This document shows positions 25,801 to 37,981 of a stretch of DNA of 64,000 nt, piece after piece. The notes beneath the pieces were generated by a model, which was not told the DNA's origin, did not search any database, and worked only from the letters and a program-made list of their open reading frames with translations. This DNA comes from Dicyema japonicum (taxonomy: Eukaryota; Animalia; Dicyemida). Each line of letters starts with the position of its first letter. Positions within the stretch are counted from its first letter, which is position 1. The stretch covers positions 1,339,773 to 1,403,772 of the forward strand of contig RDEW01000013.1 in assembly GCA_011109175.1 (NCBI GenBank), in the 5' to 3' direction. A program made the position numbers and the translations under genes.

Positions 25801-26727
25801 CTGATAGAGAGGATGGCTAGAAATACGGCACAAGGGAGGCTTGATTAATTTTATGACTTCTCGGGAGTGCTTTAAATAATAATAAATAATAAAATATAAT
25901 AATAAATAATATCACCAGTATATTCATGTATAATAATTTGTAAATCAACAATGAGTGAAATTATAACTTCAGTAATATTGGATAATGTAGTACCAATGTG
26001 GGTTGTTAGAGAGGATGCTCGGACTATAGTATTATTTAAAGGAAAAATTGATGTTTCGTACAAAATTAATAATACTATAATCACATTATATTACTAAAAA
26101 GATTTTACATGAAAATTTTAATGATGCAAAATTTGATTTTAAAAAATTTGAAGGTGGTCAATTTAAGTTTTCATGGACGAAAAATGGCATAAAAATAATA
26201 TTTACCACCAAATATCATGCTTCAGCTAATTTATTATTAGTTCGTTTGGAATTATTAGCATATAAGGATAAATGTATAGAAAATGGTTTATTAATTTAGA
26301 TCATGACGAATTTGTTGATTTTCCAGAGAAATTCACAAATAACAGTTATTATAAATGTAGCAAATGTGTTGTGTATTTCCCTCCATATGGTAATGTCACT
26401 ATTAGTGATATGAAACTACAATTATTGAAAACAGATAATAGTACAAGTTTTACCGGAAATGGTTATTTTAATTTAATCATTATTTAGAATTCGATTGTAA
26501 ATTTGGTAATGGAAAAAATCTCAAATTAAAGTCAACAGCTTTATTCACTACAAAAAGCAAAATATATGCATCAACAACTATCATTAGTCCAAAAAGTACA
26601 TAAAAATATAAATATAGATAACAAACATATAATGGCAGTTTTTGTAATTGGGGGAATTACAGTTATTGTTGGAATATTTTTGATATTAAAACGACGGCGA
26701 AGACGTTATCATTCATTAACTCATTAA
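22875..26727 (+). CDS. LAMP-domain-like membrane glycoprotein, paralog B (LINE in intron 1; possibly pseudogenised)
   Basis: Exon 1 at 22875-22890 (MFQLL); exon 2 from 25919 (VYSCIIICKSTM..). Further introns at 26077-26101 (AT..AG), 26274-26299, 26462-26487 and about 26596-26617. Ends with TM segment AVFVIGGITVIVGIFLIL then KRRRRRYHSLTH*. Confidence 0.8.
22905..25893 (+). mobile_element. Near-intact RTE-like LINE, single APE-RT ORF 22907-25848
   Basis: APE motifs SLNCRGL, LQETK, NVYAPT, GDWNA, QIDYI, SDH; RT motifs QSGFR, AFDSV, VPQGDSLSP, YADD. One missing A near 24583 splits the ORF (restoring it gives LTNFRPIILL). (TAA/TAAA)n tail; 12-bp TSD ATATAATAATAA at 22893-22904 and 25894-25905. 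Confidence 0.97.
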
Positions 26728-28101
26728 ATTATTAATATTTAATATGTTTTTTAAGTCACAATTTTGAGATTATTTAGTTGACTAATTGTACAACATTTCA
26801 TCTATGAATAAATATGCAAAACATTTGTATTTTAAATTGTTGAGTTACCGTTGCGAGAAACAGATAGTCAGATTGTATGTGAAGTACATTAGAAGGAAAA
26901 AAAGAAGGGTCACTTACGTTACCAGATAATAAAAATATAATTTTTGCCATCAAAGATCGTTGTGGCAACTGAAAAAATTATTCAGTAGAGAATATTTATT
27001 TTCTACAAAAAAATTTCTTTGATTATTCCCGTAGTTCATCCAAGCCATCTGAGACGCTTCATAATCTTTTGAAGGGCTTAGTATAGGATAATGGTGGAAC
27101 ATTAATATAATAGTGCCACATATCCATCAAATTGAGAATTCACTCCCGATTCTTTAAATGAAAAAGACCGATAGATGACAAGAACTTTACAATCAAAAGT
27201 GAACACTTACTGATATCTTTCAGATAGATATGATGTAAGTTTGGACAAGAGACCTTGTTCCCCAAAGTGACAGGAAGAGCGATTCCATATAACAAATTAA
27301 CTTTTAGTTTAAAAATAATGTCAGAAATGTCTGATGCCCCCTTATTGCTAGAAATGTCTACTTAATTTCGAGGTGAACGAGAACTCTTGTCTTTTCTATC
27401 GTCAGCATAAAAGGTGAATGACTTTGGAGATATTACAAATTACAATTTCCGAACAAAGCAAGTTTTGTAAGTACGTAGAATTCGTATTCGAATTACCCAA
27501 CATTGAAAGAACTCAACAGACCAGATGTCATTAGAACTCGAGGACCACATAATGATAGTTAATAAGATCATATGTCGCCAATGATTTCCCAATACTAAAT
27601 AAATCAATATTCGATATACTAACAGTCATAAAATGAAAATAAACTAGCATCTCCACTATTTAACAATAACTATGTCGGACAGGTTTAATTACTTTGCATA
27701 AAAATACTAAAAAAATTGAAAAAAAATCACACTGATAGCTAAGAACAAGAGAATATTCACGAACGATTGCGATCCAGAGGCATTTACGGAGTCAACGCCG
27801 TTCCTGCATTTCCAATCACAGGGGATACCTCTGGTGACAGATCAACAACGCGGTGAATCGCAGAGGAAAAAGGATAAACGAGAGAGGAGATGGTTGTCAA
27901 GCGCATTTACTGCATGAGGGGAGATGCGTTTTCGATTTGAGAGCAGTCACATAATTGGAAGATGAACCGCACTAATCGCTATTTAATGGGTTTTATCTAT
28001 CAAAATATGAATTGATTTAAATTATTAGATAACTGTTTATCAACATGTCATAATTCTCAAATAACTGATTGTAATATTTGATTATACCAACAAATTAAAC
28101 A

Positions 28102-29226
28102 TTATAATTGAGAAATTGCCTTGCTCTCTCCAAGATAGACTGTTCTGTAAATATTGTTGAGACGTTCCACCACCAAGAATGTAATTATCGTGTGAGGGGC
28201 CAGTCTTGAGAAATAAGCGGTGAATCCCTTCCAAAGTGAGAAAAACCCCTCGCGTTGACTACTTTTATTAAAACATCCTAAATTGAATTTATGACAAATT
28301 ACAATCATCCCGTTGTATTCCCGAGTCTTCATACTCTGTAGTCTCGTTTTCGCCATATCCACGGGAAGGGACACAACAGTGGTGAGAAATCCGCTCATTG
28401 TCCCCGCAATCAACTGACATTTCAAAGTCTCCGTTCCAAAAGACTCTAATATTAAGAGATTCACCAAACCATTATTTAAGTTGTACAGAATTTCTTTAAA
28501 TTGAGAATATGAGGCCAACTGTGATGCATTCACAAGAATTGCCCTAATCACAGTGGGAAGTGACCCCTAATTGTACTCAATCAAGCTAACCCTCCAAAGA
28601 GTGGTCATTCCTTCTTCCTTTATCATTCTTACAAGAGCGTCTCCGACATGCCTATAATTTCTCCTTTTGGACGGTTCCAACCTTTAAAGCAATCAATTGG
28701 TCCCTTACCTTCCATCCGTGGCCATTCGTATGAGAGAAATCTCAGCAGGGGTACCACAGAATGCTCCCACAGCACCAGAAGTCATTCCAATACCCAATTT
28801 CGCGCCCAAACCAGGACTGACTCCTTCATTTCTTAAATAATAAAAAACAGATGACCTTCTACGAAAAGTATCGAATAAATATGAGTAACAGCCCAGTCGA
28901 ACAGTTGTATAAGATGCTTGCCGCAAAATACCAGCTGATAATCTGAAATCGATAAGAGAATATAAACCCGGAATACATGGCGAGGGCTCCTTCATTTCTC
29001 AAAATCGTCCTGAAGGCTTGAGCTGTGGAGGAAAACTCCTTTTGCCGAGAACCGGAACCTACCAAGTCTTACAATTAAGTACCGCTCATTTGTATTCTAT
29101 TTTTAACCACATCCATTGGCTGGACTATTGTAGTCGCGAAAATCCTGAGATTAATCACTAAAGGTACCCTGATAAACCTGCGAATGTAAATTTAAGGTAA
29201 AGAGGTGTAGCCTGGTTATCTTTCAT
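28102..29226 (-). CDS. SLC25A11: Mitochondrial 2-oxoglutarate/malate carrier
   Basis: Spliced protein has VQPMDVVKNRIQ, GLSAGILRQASYTTVRLG, GTPAEISLIRMATDGRL, RAILVNASQLASYSQFK, SLPVDMAKTRLQ and RLAPHTIITF. Introns at 29145-29167, 29059-29082, 28943-28967, 28832-28855, 28682-28708, 28567-28590, 28446-28469 and 28278-28302. One apparent missing base near 28256. Confidence 0.93.
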
Positions 29227-29699
29227 ATCTTTATTTGATTGTCAGTTTATTAAAATTTGAATTAAAAAATGATTTTAAATTATTTATAATTATAATTTAT
29301 TGAAATTTTAATTCTGATAATAATTTGAAATCACTTTATAATTCGAAGATTAATAAAAATTAGGATTAACAATAATTATTCCATATTCTTTTTTAGGTTG
29401 AGCTAGTGACACGGGTCAATTGCACGAATTCTCAATCAGGCATAAGGCTATCAGAGAAATCTTACCGCCAAGACCTGAATACTTACATTGGCACTAATAG
29501 ATGCTTTCAAGAGACGAAAATCAAGTGTGACTCAGAAATGATGGTAATATAAATAGATTTAAGCTATGGCAATAGTACTTCATATGCTTAACCACATATT
29601 GAAAGTCATAAATTAAACCACTGTAGATATATTAGTGATAAACTAATTATTTTGATGTGTTCATGTAGGATTATACAATAGATCAGGTAACATAGTGGT

Positions 29700-30910
29700 T
29701 AGTTTTTTGTTGCGTCACATTTGGCCGTGGAATGCATCCCCAAATCAATTCTTATTTATTGGTCGAAAGATTTCCTTTATGCTCTTTCTATCTTTCAATT
29801 TCTAGAGGCATCTTCGGATTCACCTAACTCCGGAGACGCTAATTGTATGGATTCTTCTTTTTTCCACTCAGCTGAAGTGGTTCCTATAATAATGGATATT
29901 TTGGAATTAACGTGGTAATAGGAATGACTGGGAACAGAATAAAAACTCTTTCAGCTATATCCCGGGATATTAAAAAGTTAAGGGTCTACAGCTTAGATAT
30001 TTTTTTCTGGACAGCGAAGAAATAAGCTTCTGGACAGGATTTTCTTGCAAGAAGACTTCCTCAGTACTTTCGCCCCTTTGAATGAATGTTATAAATCTTT
30101 TTCAGGTTCGTCTCGGCAAGGTTTGTCTCCGTAGCTCCATGTGGATAACCAATTGTAGGTTCAATGTACTGCTTGCAGATGGTATACAATCAATTTATCC
30201 ATTTGGAGTCACTAGATCTCCCAGAAAAGTTTTTATGAAGTTAATCTTCTTCGTAAAAGGAAGATTTTCACATGGGTTAAAGAGGTAGAGAAAGTGTGAA
30301 GGTAACTCGGAGGATCGTCTGGGTCCTGTTTTGCCGGATAGTTTTCCCGTCTAATTTGACGTCAATCATAGCTTTCCATTCTCCTGTTTGACGTGAAAAG
30401 GGCAAAATTGACTTCTCCGGACTTGCTCTCAATTTGCTTACATAAAATCACAAACTCAGATTATTCAAGCTGTCCTTTAATCTATGCGTCGCTTCGATAA
30501 CACTCTCATCCCTCGATGCAACAACTATTTCATCCGCGTAGGACAGAAATTGTGGAATTGATGAGTCATTCGTAATAACATTGAATAATAGGGGAGATAA
30601 TGGAGAACCCTGAGGAACTACATTTGGTAATTGTCTCGATCGATTACTCTTGCGTATTCGCCCCCTGAGACCGCTCAAGAATTTTCCCAACCATAACTTT
30701 AGATTTTCGTCAATTATAAAATTTTGTGGTGGATGATCTTCATCGGAACAGAATCAAATGCCTTCTGGATGTCGATTTAGCAGACTAATCGATTTTTCCA
30801 ATCCGGGTATTTTGTTTAGGTCATCTTTTATGAATTCCTTTAATGTATTTAGATGTGAGACAGTCAATCGCCCCTCTTTGAAGCCATGCTGAAACCTTGC
30901 GTCTTGGAAA
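29700..30910 (-). mobile_element. Degenerate LINE RT region
   Basis: FQHGFK, DIQKAFDSV, VPQGSPLSPLLFNV and YADE motifs, with stops and frameshifts. Confidence 0.8.
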
Positions 30911-30983
30911 TAAAAGCAAATATTTTTCATAACCTATATCAATTTAATTATTAAAAAATTAAAATTAATAATTTGATTTTATA

Positions 30984-31255
30984 AGGTTATCTGAAGCAGT
31001 TGGGGGTAGATAGGAAGCTCCAGGCCTATCTACAGTCCACTGTGTTAAAGCGGACCCTAGAGAGCTTGACACTGGAGTATAGGAGGCAGAGCCCTGAGAT
31101 ACCATATGGGCAGAGGGTTCAATTTGACAATGCGCTCTCGGAGTTATTTCAGCAATCAGAATCGAACCTGCCTGAGGAGGCTGGCGAACAGGCAGGCGAA
31201 AAAGGTTGTTGGTCAATAAATATATTAACTTTTTTATTGTTTGTTAAATAAAGAT
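30984..31255 (+). mobile_element. 3' tip of R4/NeSL-like RLE retrotransposon
   Basis: Near-identical to 61992-62256 (GVDRKLQAYLQSTVLKRTLESL). Confidence 0.8.
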
Positions 31256-32329
31256 GAGTAGCTTAATTTGATTTTATAAAAAAATAATTATTTAAAAATG
31301 TATCGTGTGCTAATGAATGTGCCCTCTAAAATTTAATTAATTTTACTTTTTAGTGCCAGACAAATATCCAGATGTTTTTGGGTTCAAATCTGCTGCGGTA
31401 CATTCCGGCCAAAAGTTCCATGTATCTACGATACTTCTGAGTTTGAAGAGTAACGACACCATCAGTGATAACCCAACTTGAGAACCAGATAGCATAAAAG
31501 GACTGAAATGGAAAAAAATAAGATGGGAATATACCTTGAATCCTTCTCAGTCGGTGTTAATTAGGTTATTTTTAGACGTTCTAACACATACATTTACAGA
31601 GACCTTCGATAATTGTTTCTGACAATATCCTTATCTTGTAAAAGGAATGAAGTCACTTTGTCTACTAATCAGCGATTACTGGCCATTGATGTCTGTTATG
31701 GAATAAATCTAATTTGTTATATTCCTTGTTACACAATCTCTGTATGTTAACTTTGACAGATTTATATCAATCTGTTTGTGTTTGAACTAACAATCCATCT
31801 CCAAGAGAACTGGAATTACCCAACCTTGTCACTTGTTGAAATGGATATCTCAAGTTAGATTGGTTCATACTTCAATAGTCTTGCTAATATTCCATCAGAG
31901 ACCGGGAATTTTACATTTAAGTCTTAACATAACCGATATTGCTTCCCCTACTATTATTAGATTTTTAAAGCCATCAGAATTGCTTTGGATTGTATATTTT
32001 GTAGTTCATATTAGTGTTCTGACATGAAATCCGATTTTTATTCTTATTCGTAAGAATATTCATTTATTTGTCGATAATAGTAACATCGTCATTATTTGTC
32101 GATAATAGCTCATTCATTATACATATTTCCTTTAACATCTTTGATTATTCTCATATTTTAACTTCACAGTTCCTTGTTTTATTCATTTTTTTAGTTTTTT
32201 ACTTTTTGTAAGCTGCAGGTTACATAAATTTTACTAACTCTTTAGTTTTGTGTAAATCGAGCTTTTCCATCCATAAGAAGTGATCTCCTTATTGATTGTA
32301 TTGGTGTCTCGTCATGGAGGTGCGGCAAG

Positions 32330-32630
32330 TGGTGACAAAAAATGTATGGAGTAATGTATTTGCTGAATTTATTTCTAACTGCTGGCAAAAAAAATTTCGA
32401 CAATCTACTTAAATTGCATGAATAATATGAAGAAATATTTAATAATGCTATTGATGAATGTGAGATTGAAGAAGATAATGATGAATATCTCTATGAGGAT
32501 ATAGACACTCATCCACCAAGGTCAAAAACTTTTTGATGGAAAACCTAGAGCAAACATTTTTGATTCCAGACTATTTCATGATTTTTATGAATTCAGAAAG
32601 TGACAGTAGGAATAAATATAAACATTGAGA
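32330..32630 (+). mobile_element. pogo/Tigger transposase C-terminal remnant
   Basis: WSNVFAEFISNCWQK followed by an acidic tract. Confidence 0.45.
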
Positions 32631-33269
32631 GAAATAACTGATTACCTTAAAAATAATGTTCTTTTTGATTATTTATCGAGATATATGGAAATTTTCTATT
32701 TTGGGGAAACCTCAAGTGCCCCAATTAGAGGTCGGGCTGCATCTCACGTGCAACATAACTGAAAGGATAAATAACCTTAAAGCCTATTTTGTTTAAATAA
32801 CTAGCTTATTTTGTTTAAAAAATAACTAATTTAAAAATAAAGCCTTTTTTCATTTATAATATTTTAAAATTTTTTGATTGAAAATTAATGTCGAATTTTA
32901 ATTCTGATTATTCGTGAAGCAGTTTTCTGATAGATCCTTACAGAATTAAGAAAAGTTTAATTATTTCTAATTCATTTCACTGATCACTGCTTTTGAGAAT
33001 AGTTTGAAAAACTATATTGTCTTACTCTCATCCTTCATAAGTCAATTTAATGTTACCTTAGGAAATGATTTCCAAAATAGTCTTGAATTTATCATATTAT
33101 TAAGTAATCTTGAGCGAATATCGAGGGAATAGTCAATGGCTTTTTGTTTATTTTATTTAAAAAATTAAAATATTTTTTTAGTTATGATTAACTAAAAGTT
33201 TTAAAGTAGAATTAATACTAACAGAAAAAATTTGTGTAAATTATTCTAAATCTCTGAGCCAATGATGTT

Positions 33270-34070
33270 ATGTGGTGAATACAAGAAGCTGAGCCTTCTT
33301 GAGTGCTTGTTCCACCACAATGGAGTTTGTCAAAACTACCGACAAGTTTGCAGAAACGAAGGGAGAACATTGACCATTTACCTGACGATTACAAGTTTCA
33401 ATGTTTTTGTCATTATTTATTACAACTGACAGAATCTCGGTCTACCACGAAAGCAACTCTCTCGACATACATAATATCCTTCATAGCTATATTTTCTGGG
33501 AGGTCATGACCATCATCAATATATTCGAGAACAGTCTCCACCTAGATTTTGTGATTTCCAAACTTATTTTAGCCCTTTTTTAGATTGCACTATTCGAATT
33601 CTGTTAGGTCAATCTGTCCAACTAAGTTCTCACGTGACTTCTATGGAAAGGAATCGACCTTTCTGCTTCATCTTTTGTGTTCGCACATTCCCACTATTAA
33701 ATCGTGATATGAACTTCACGAAGGAGTTGTAACTCTATTCTGAGATTAAAATTAAATCAAATTTTCTATGAAAGATTTTAACATGTCTCCAATTATCTTC
33801 AAGTGTGTAATTCATACTTTTATTTATTTCCGAGACTCCTTCTAACCAGAGGAGCCATTTCTCAATCAGATCTAAAAATTTTCCAATATTCCAAAGTTTC
33901 CTGGTTTTCGAGATTGGGGAAACATTTTCATAAATTATTTTACATTTATCTCGGTATTGTCTCTGAGTTCTTTCATGACTGCTTTCAAATATCGGACCAA
34001 CAGAAATGCAATGAGTCTCAATGAGTTTCTATAACCTGTATGTCCTCAAATACTAGTTATACTGTTGTTA
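33270..34070 (-). other. Possible host gene of unknown product
   Basis: Open coding-like blocks (VETVLEYIDDGHDLPENIAMKDIMYVERVAFVVDRD; VVEQALKKAQLLVFTT*) with candidate short introns. Not identified. Confidence 0.3.
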
Positions 34071-34786
34071 CAATAATAGTAGTCTTCAATTAATTTTATA
34101 TATTTTATTAACTTGTTTAACATTTTAAACTCGTTAAATGTAATTATAAAAAACCAAGAGAAAAATCAAACTAATGATCATGACGCGTTACAGTAGAGCT
34201 CTATATAGACATGACAAAATCATGATTCGTCGACAGGGAGGAAATGGTCTACCGGTAGAATAAAGAAATGGATCCTTTTGTTAATCTTTTTGCTAATGGT
34301 CGGAACTTGGTTTGGGACACTATTTATGTTGATACATACTCCAAAGAATTTAACCGCTTCAGTCTAGTCCGCAAGACCGGCTCGATGATTCAAAGGTTCA
34401 CAAAAGATCTACGTGAGACTGGTTACTTCGAGAGCGTATCTCGATATCTATCTGAGAGGAAACAGCATTGCCATTCAAGCTTCCTAACTTTTAATTTATA
34501 TTTATTTTAAGAAATTTTAACAAATCAAAAAATTATTTGAAATTAATATTTAAAAAAACAAATAGCACTTTAATGGCTTTTTAATGTATTTGTTCAAAGA
34601 AACGTATAAAATCTGAGAGAAATATCTATTTACATTATCTGTTTCTCGAATGATCTCTACTAATCTATATATTTAATCTTACTTTTTTTATTTGAGTTTA
34701 TTTTTTCTTTGATAAAATATTAATAAAAATAATTAAGTCATAGTAAAATTAATTTTTAATGTTAATTATTCGTCATAGCAACACTA

Positions 34787-35493
34787 ATGTTTCGTGACTC
34801 AAATAAGAATCGATACAACAAGAATATTCTCATTGGGAATTGGTATGAAGAACGACAACAAGTTATTATCGACATTATTTAGTGGCAACAACACAAATAT
34901 ACACCCACCACAACATATGAGCACGAGTTTAAGCTTGTTAACCAGAATATGACAAAAAGGAACTGTATAAGACAACCACTGGAACAACTTAATAAGCATG
35001 TAACGATTATTTATAATGTGGACATTTAACAACTGTGATTCTCAATCAACTCCATATATTACCTGGTATGAGGAGAACTACAATGGAAGAGAACAAAATA
35101 GTAGAATCCCTCCAAAACGGACGTGGAAGTCAAATGACATGTGTTGGTTTCCTGAAAAGTCAGATTACCCAGCAGAAGGTTGATTTTAGTTTAAAGTAAG
35201 GTGAACCGATGAGATTTGGTATTTTGAACAAACTCGAGGACCGATGGAGAAAAGATCAAAGAGAAGCCCTCAAGCCTTCATTTTTGTCTGAAAACAAAGA
35301 ATTATATGGAAATTTCAGTGAAATCCCAAATTCAGAGCAAACTAACAAAATAGTGTGTTCAATATCCAATAACCCGTAATTTAATGATTTATTGAGATAT
35401 AATAAAATATCACACAAATTACAACTGAGAGGCCAAGGAACACCAATTAGTAAGGATCCTCAGCCTTCATTAGACAAGTTGGTGTTAACTTGA
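34787..35493 (+). CDS. CFAP107: Ciliary microtubule inner protein, CFAP107 (C1orf158)-like
   Basis: RYNKNILIGNWYEER; YITWYEENYN..PPKRTWKSNDMCWFPEKSDYP..P.RFGI. Three 21-22-nt introns; one unresolved frame break near 35005. Confidence 0.7.
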
Positions 35494-35511
35494 ACATTTT
35501 AATTTCTAATT

Positions 35512-36627
35512 TATTTAACAAAATAATTTGAAACAGTATTTGAATTATATCTTCTTTTTATGCATACACGTGAGTTAACTGCTGGCTCATCCTCACCCTC
35601 TCTCCGTATTCTATCACCATATTTAGGGTCAACATAATAATCACAGGTGAAATCAGAGTCAAGTGTTTGAATCATACATTTAGTTTTTCACATCCAAAAT
35701 TTCAAAAAAAACTGTTGTAAAACCAATTAACTACTCACGTGAACCCAAAACGCTCCAACAGTTACCTCATCTTATCCCAATGATCCCACCTTTAGCACAA
35801 CCAAGCACATGTAGGGTGTATAACCGGATGGTCATAATCGCACAGGCATAGGAAATTGGGATTCTATCTGTTCTTAGGAAATTGGGATTCCAGATGAGTC
35901 TTTTCGAGAAATCCGTAGCTACTTGACTTTGAATGACTTTTTCATTTCAGCTATTCGAAGACGGACCAAGACACGAGAGATGTTGTCCGCCCAGAAGATT
36001 GATGATACGTTTTTTGATAGCATTATTAGGAATTCAGTCGTTAACTATATCAAGTCGTGACTCAATGAACTCATTCTCCGGAATAGTTCTAAGTGTGCGA
36101 ACAGTCACTGAGTTCTTATTTGAGGAACATGTCTTTATAAATTTAAACTCTCAAACAATCAAGAACGATTAGGCATAAATCCTATTAATTTTCACGACAA
36201 AATGGTTAACTTTCTAAGTAGTACGAAAAAGGATAATCTGTTTTCCCCACTCCAGAAGGAATTCACACATCCGCAAAGACTGAACGTTTCTTCCCTTTCC
36301 GTTGGTTCTGGGTGAACTTGTATGTGACATTGAAGGATTCTCTGCTTCTGTGACCGTAGGAATTGAACACATTTAATTAACTGTTAACATTTTCCAAATG
36401 GATACTGGGTAATAATGTAAATTACTTGAACCATGGATCTCAGTGGACCACTCAAGAAGAGTCCGAAAATTGATAGAATCCTGGATTATCTGATTAGTTG
36501 GCTGTAATACCTTCTTTCGATTAGAGAAAAGCAATGTTCACCAATTCCAAGATCAGTAACGAGAATTCGTTCACTGTAGGCATAATTCAAACAATATACC
36601 TTTAAGATTGATTTTTATTTTAACCAT
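35512..36627 (-). other. Putative microintron-rich host gene or pseudogene, unidentified
   Basis: Several clean minus-strand microintron candidates (gtgagtagttaattggttttacaacag, gtaatttacattattacccag) and a long frame broken only by TGA codons. No confident family. Confidence 0.35.
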
Positions 36628-36714
36628 AAATGATCAACTAGTAAATTTTGCAAAAATATATAAATTAGTGGATTAAACATTATTTAAAGTAAATACATTA
36701 TTTACATTAATAAT

Positions 36715-37211
36715 TCAAAGCAGAAAACCATCATTCAGTGTATCCACCATTTTAGAGAGTAAAATATTCCAAGCCTCCTCAATATTTTCTTCATAATTGT
36801 CTCCCAACATGTCCCGAATAACACTGATAATCGCCTCTATGAAAGATTTAAAGTATTCCCCCCTTGAATCCTTTAATATATTTTGTGTTTAGCTCCAATT
36901 TTTAAGAAAAAAGGGATTTGACGTCATCGAAATTGTTAATATTAGTAATCATCGTATTAAGACTTATTGCAATCCTCTTGAAGTGGGCATTGGATAAATC
37001 ATTCGAAACTATTTCTCCCCAAGTTCACCAAAATTAAAGAATTTTTTATATTCTGGATGTCTTCTGAATACTTCCGTGAATATAAGCATTCCAAAATTGG
37101 TAAGATTGTAAGAACATACCCTCCAAGTCAACTCAATAATCTAACCTGACTAACTAAGCCAACCTTTATGTGTTTGCTTGTCAATTCATTTTTCGACGTT
37201 CTGTTGCCCAT
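36715..37211 (-). CDS. Globin with predicted N-myristoylation signal (three homopolymer frameshifts)
   Basis: MGNRTSK..IIELTW..FGMLIFTEVFRRHPEYKNSF (CD1 Phe)..NAHF (E7 His)..IGAKH (F8 His)..EEAWNILL. Intron at 37141-37163 (23 nt). Confidence 0.8.
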
Positions 37212-37664
37212 TAATGAGCGTAAACTAACCAATATTATTTATATTGACATGTTTTCTCTAAACCCTCATTTTAATCATTATTTCAAGTCACGTAATTGAA
37301 ATTATTGGATTTTTCAAATTTGGTCGCCTCGGCAACATTCTCCGTCATCGACTGGAAAGACTTCTACCACATCTCTTTGGTGATTAATTTCAGATTTAGT
37401 TTAATCTCCAGATATTATTGGAATTCTTTGTTCAATTACGTAACATTGGTTGTTTAACTGACGTTAGGTTTATTTACTGTAATATTGGTTAAATGACTTA
37501 TGAGAAGAAAGTCACATAAACAGATCTTGAGAGATATCCCCAAATACTAATGATTAGGGAAATTCAATCAATATTGATAGGAGAGAATACAAATAATATA
37601 TAATTAATTATTTAAACAATTCATATGAAAAAATTAATATGATTTGTCTCATATTGGTCTGAAT

Positions 37665-37981
37665 AGCCGGGTGGCATAGTGGCTAGGGCTAACCTAAAGT
37701 GGCTTAGGTTACGGGTTCGATTCTCGCTGCTGTTCACCTAGTGGAAGGCTCCACGCATCTACGATGCCAAAAGGGTTTTACGAGTGACGCCGTAATCAGT
37801 GGATACTCACTGCGGAACTGGATTGTTTAGAAAGGACCCACACACAAAAAAAAAAGAAGTGAAGATCATTCCTTGGTTCTACGATTAGTTAAAATTAACT
37901 GTTCTTTACTTAAATAAAGTGTGTGTCCTGCTATGCGGAGCTATAAATATTATGGCTCTCGTGAAAAAGGCTATTAAAAAA
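37665..37981 (+). mobile_element. Full-length tRNA-derived SINE (family B)
   Basis: A box tggcatagtgg, B box ggttcgattc, 3' stem-loop gagctata-aatat-tatggctc and A-rich tail. 12-bp TSD ATTGGTCTGAAT at 37653-37664 and 37982-37993. Confidence 0.92.

Noticed and set aside
35760-35930. ZZ zinc finger (GCAKGGIIGIR*) on minus, or F-box-like IPDESFREIRSYL on plus
   Set aside because: Cys spacing is incomplete for ZZ, and the intron signals favour the minus strand over the plus-strand F-box reading. Neither is supportable.
28102-37211. Genome-wide UGA=Trp nuclear code
   Set aside because: All conserved Trp codons in SLC25A11, CFAP107, globin, the LAMP-like genes and the RTE are TGG despite AT richness. 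Only the weaker UGA question is kept as a finding.
37665-37736. Functional tRNA gene
   Set aside because: Has A and B boxes but no proper acceptor or anticodon stems; it continues into a repeated body with a tail and TSD, so it is a SINE head.
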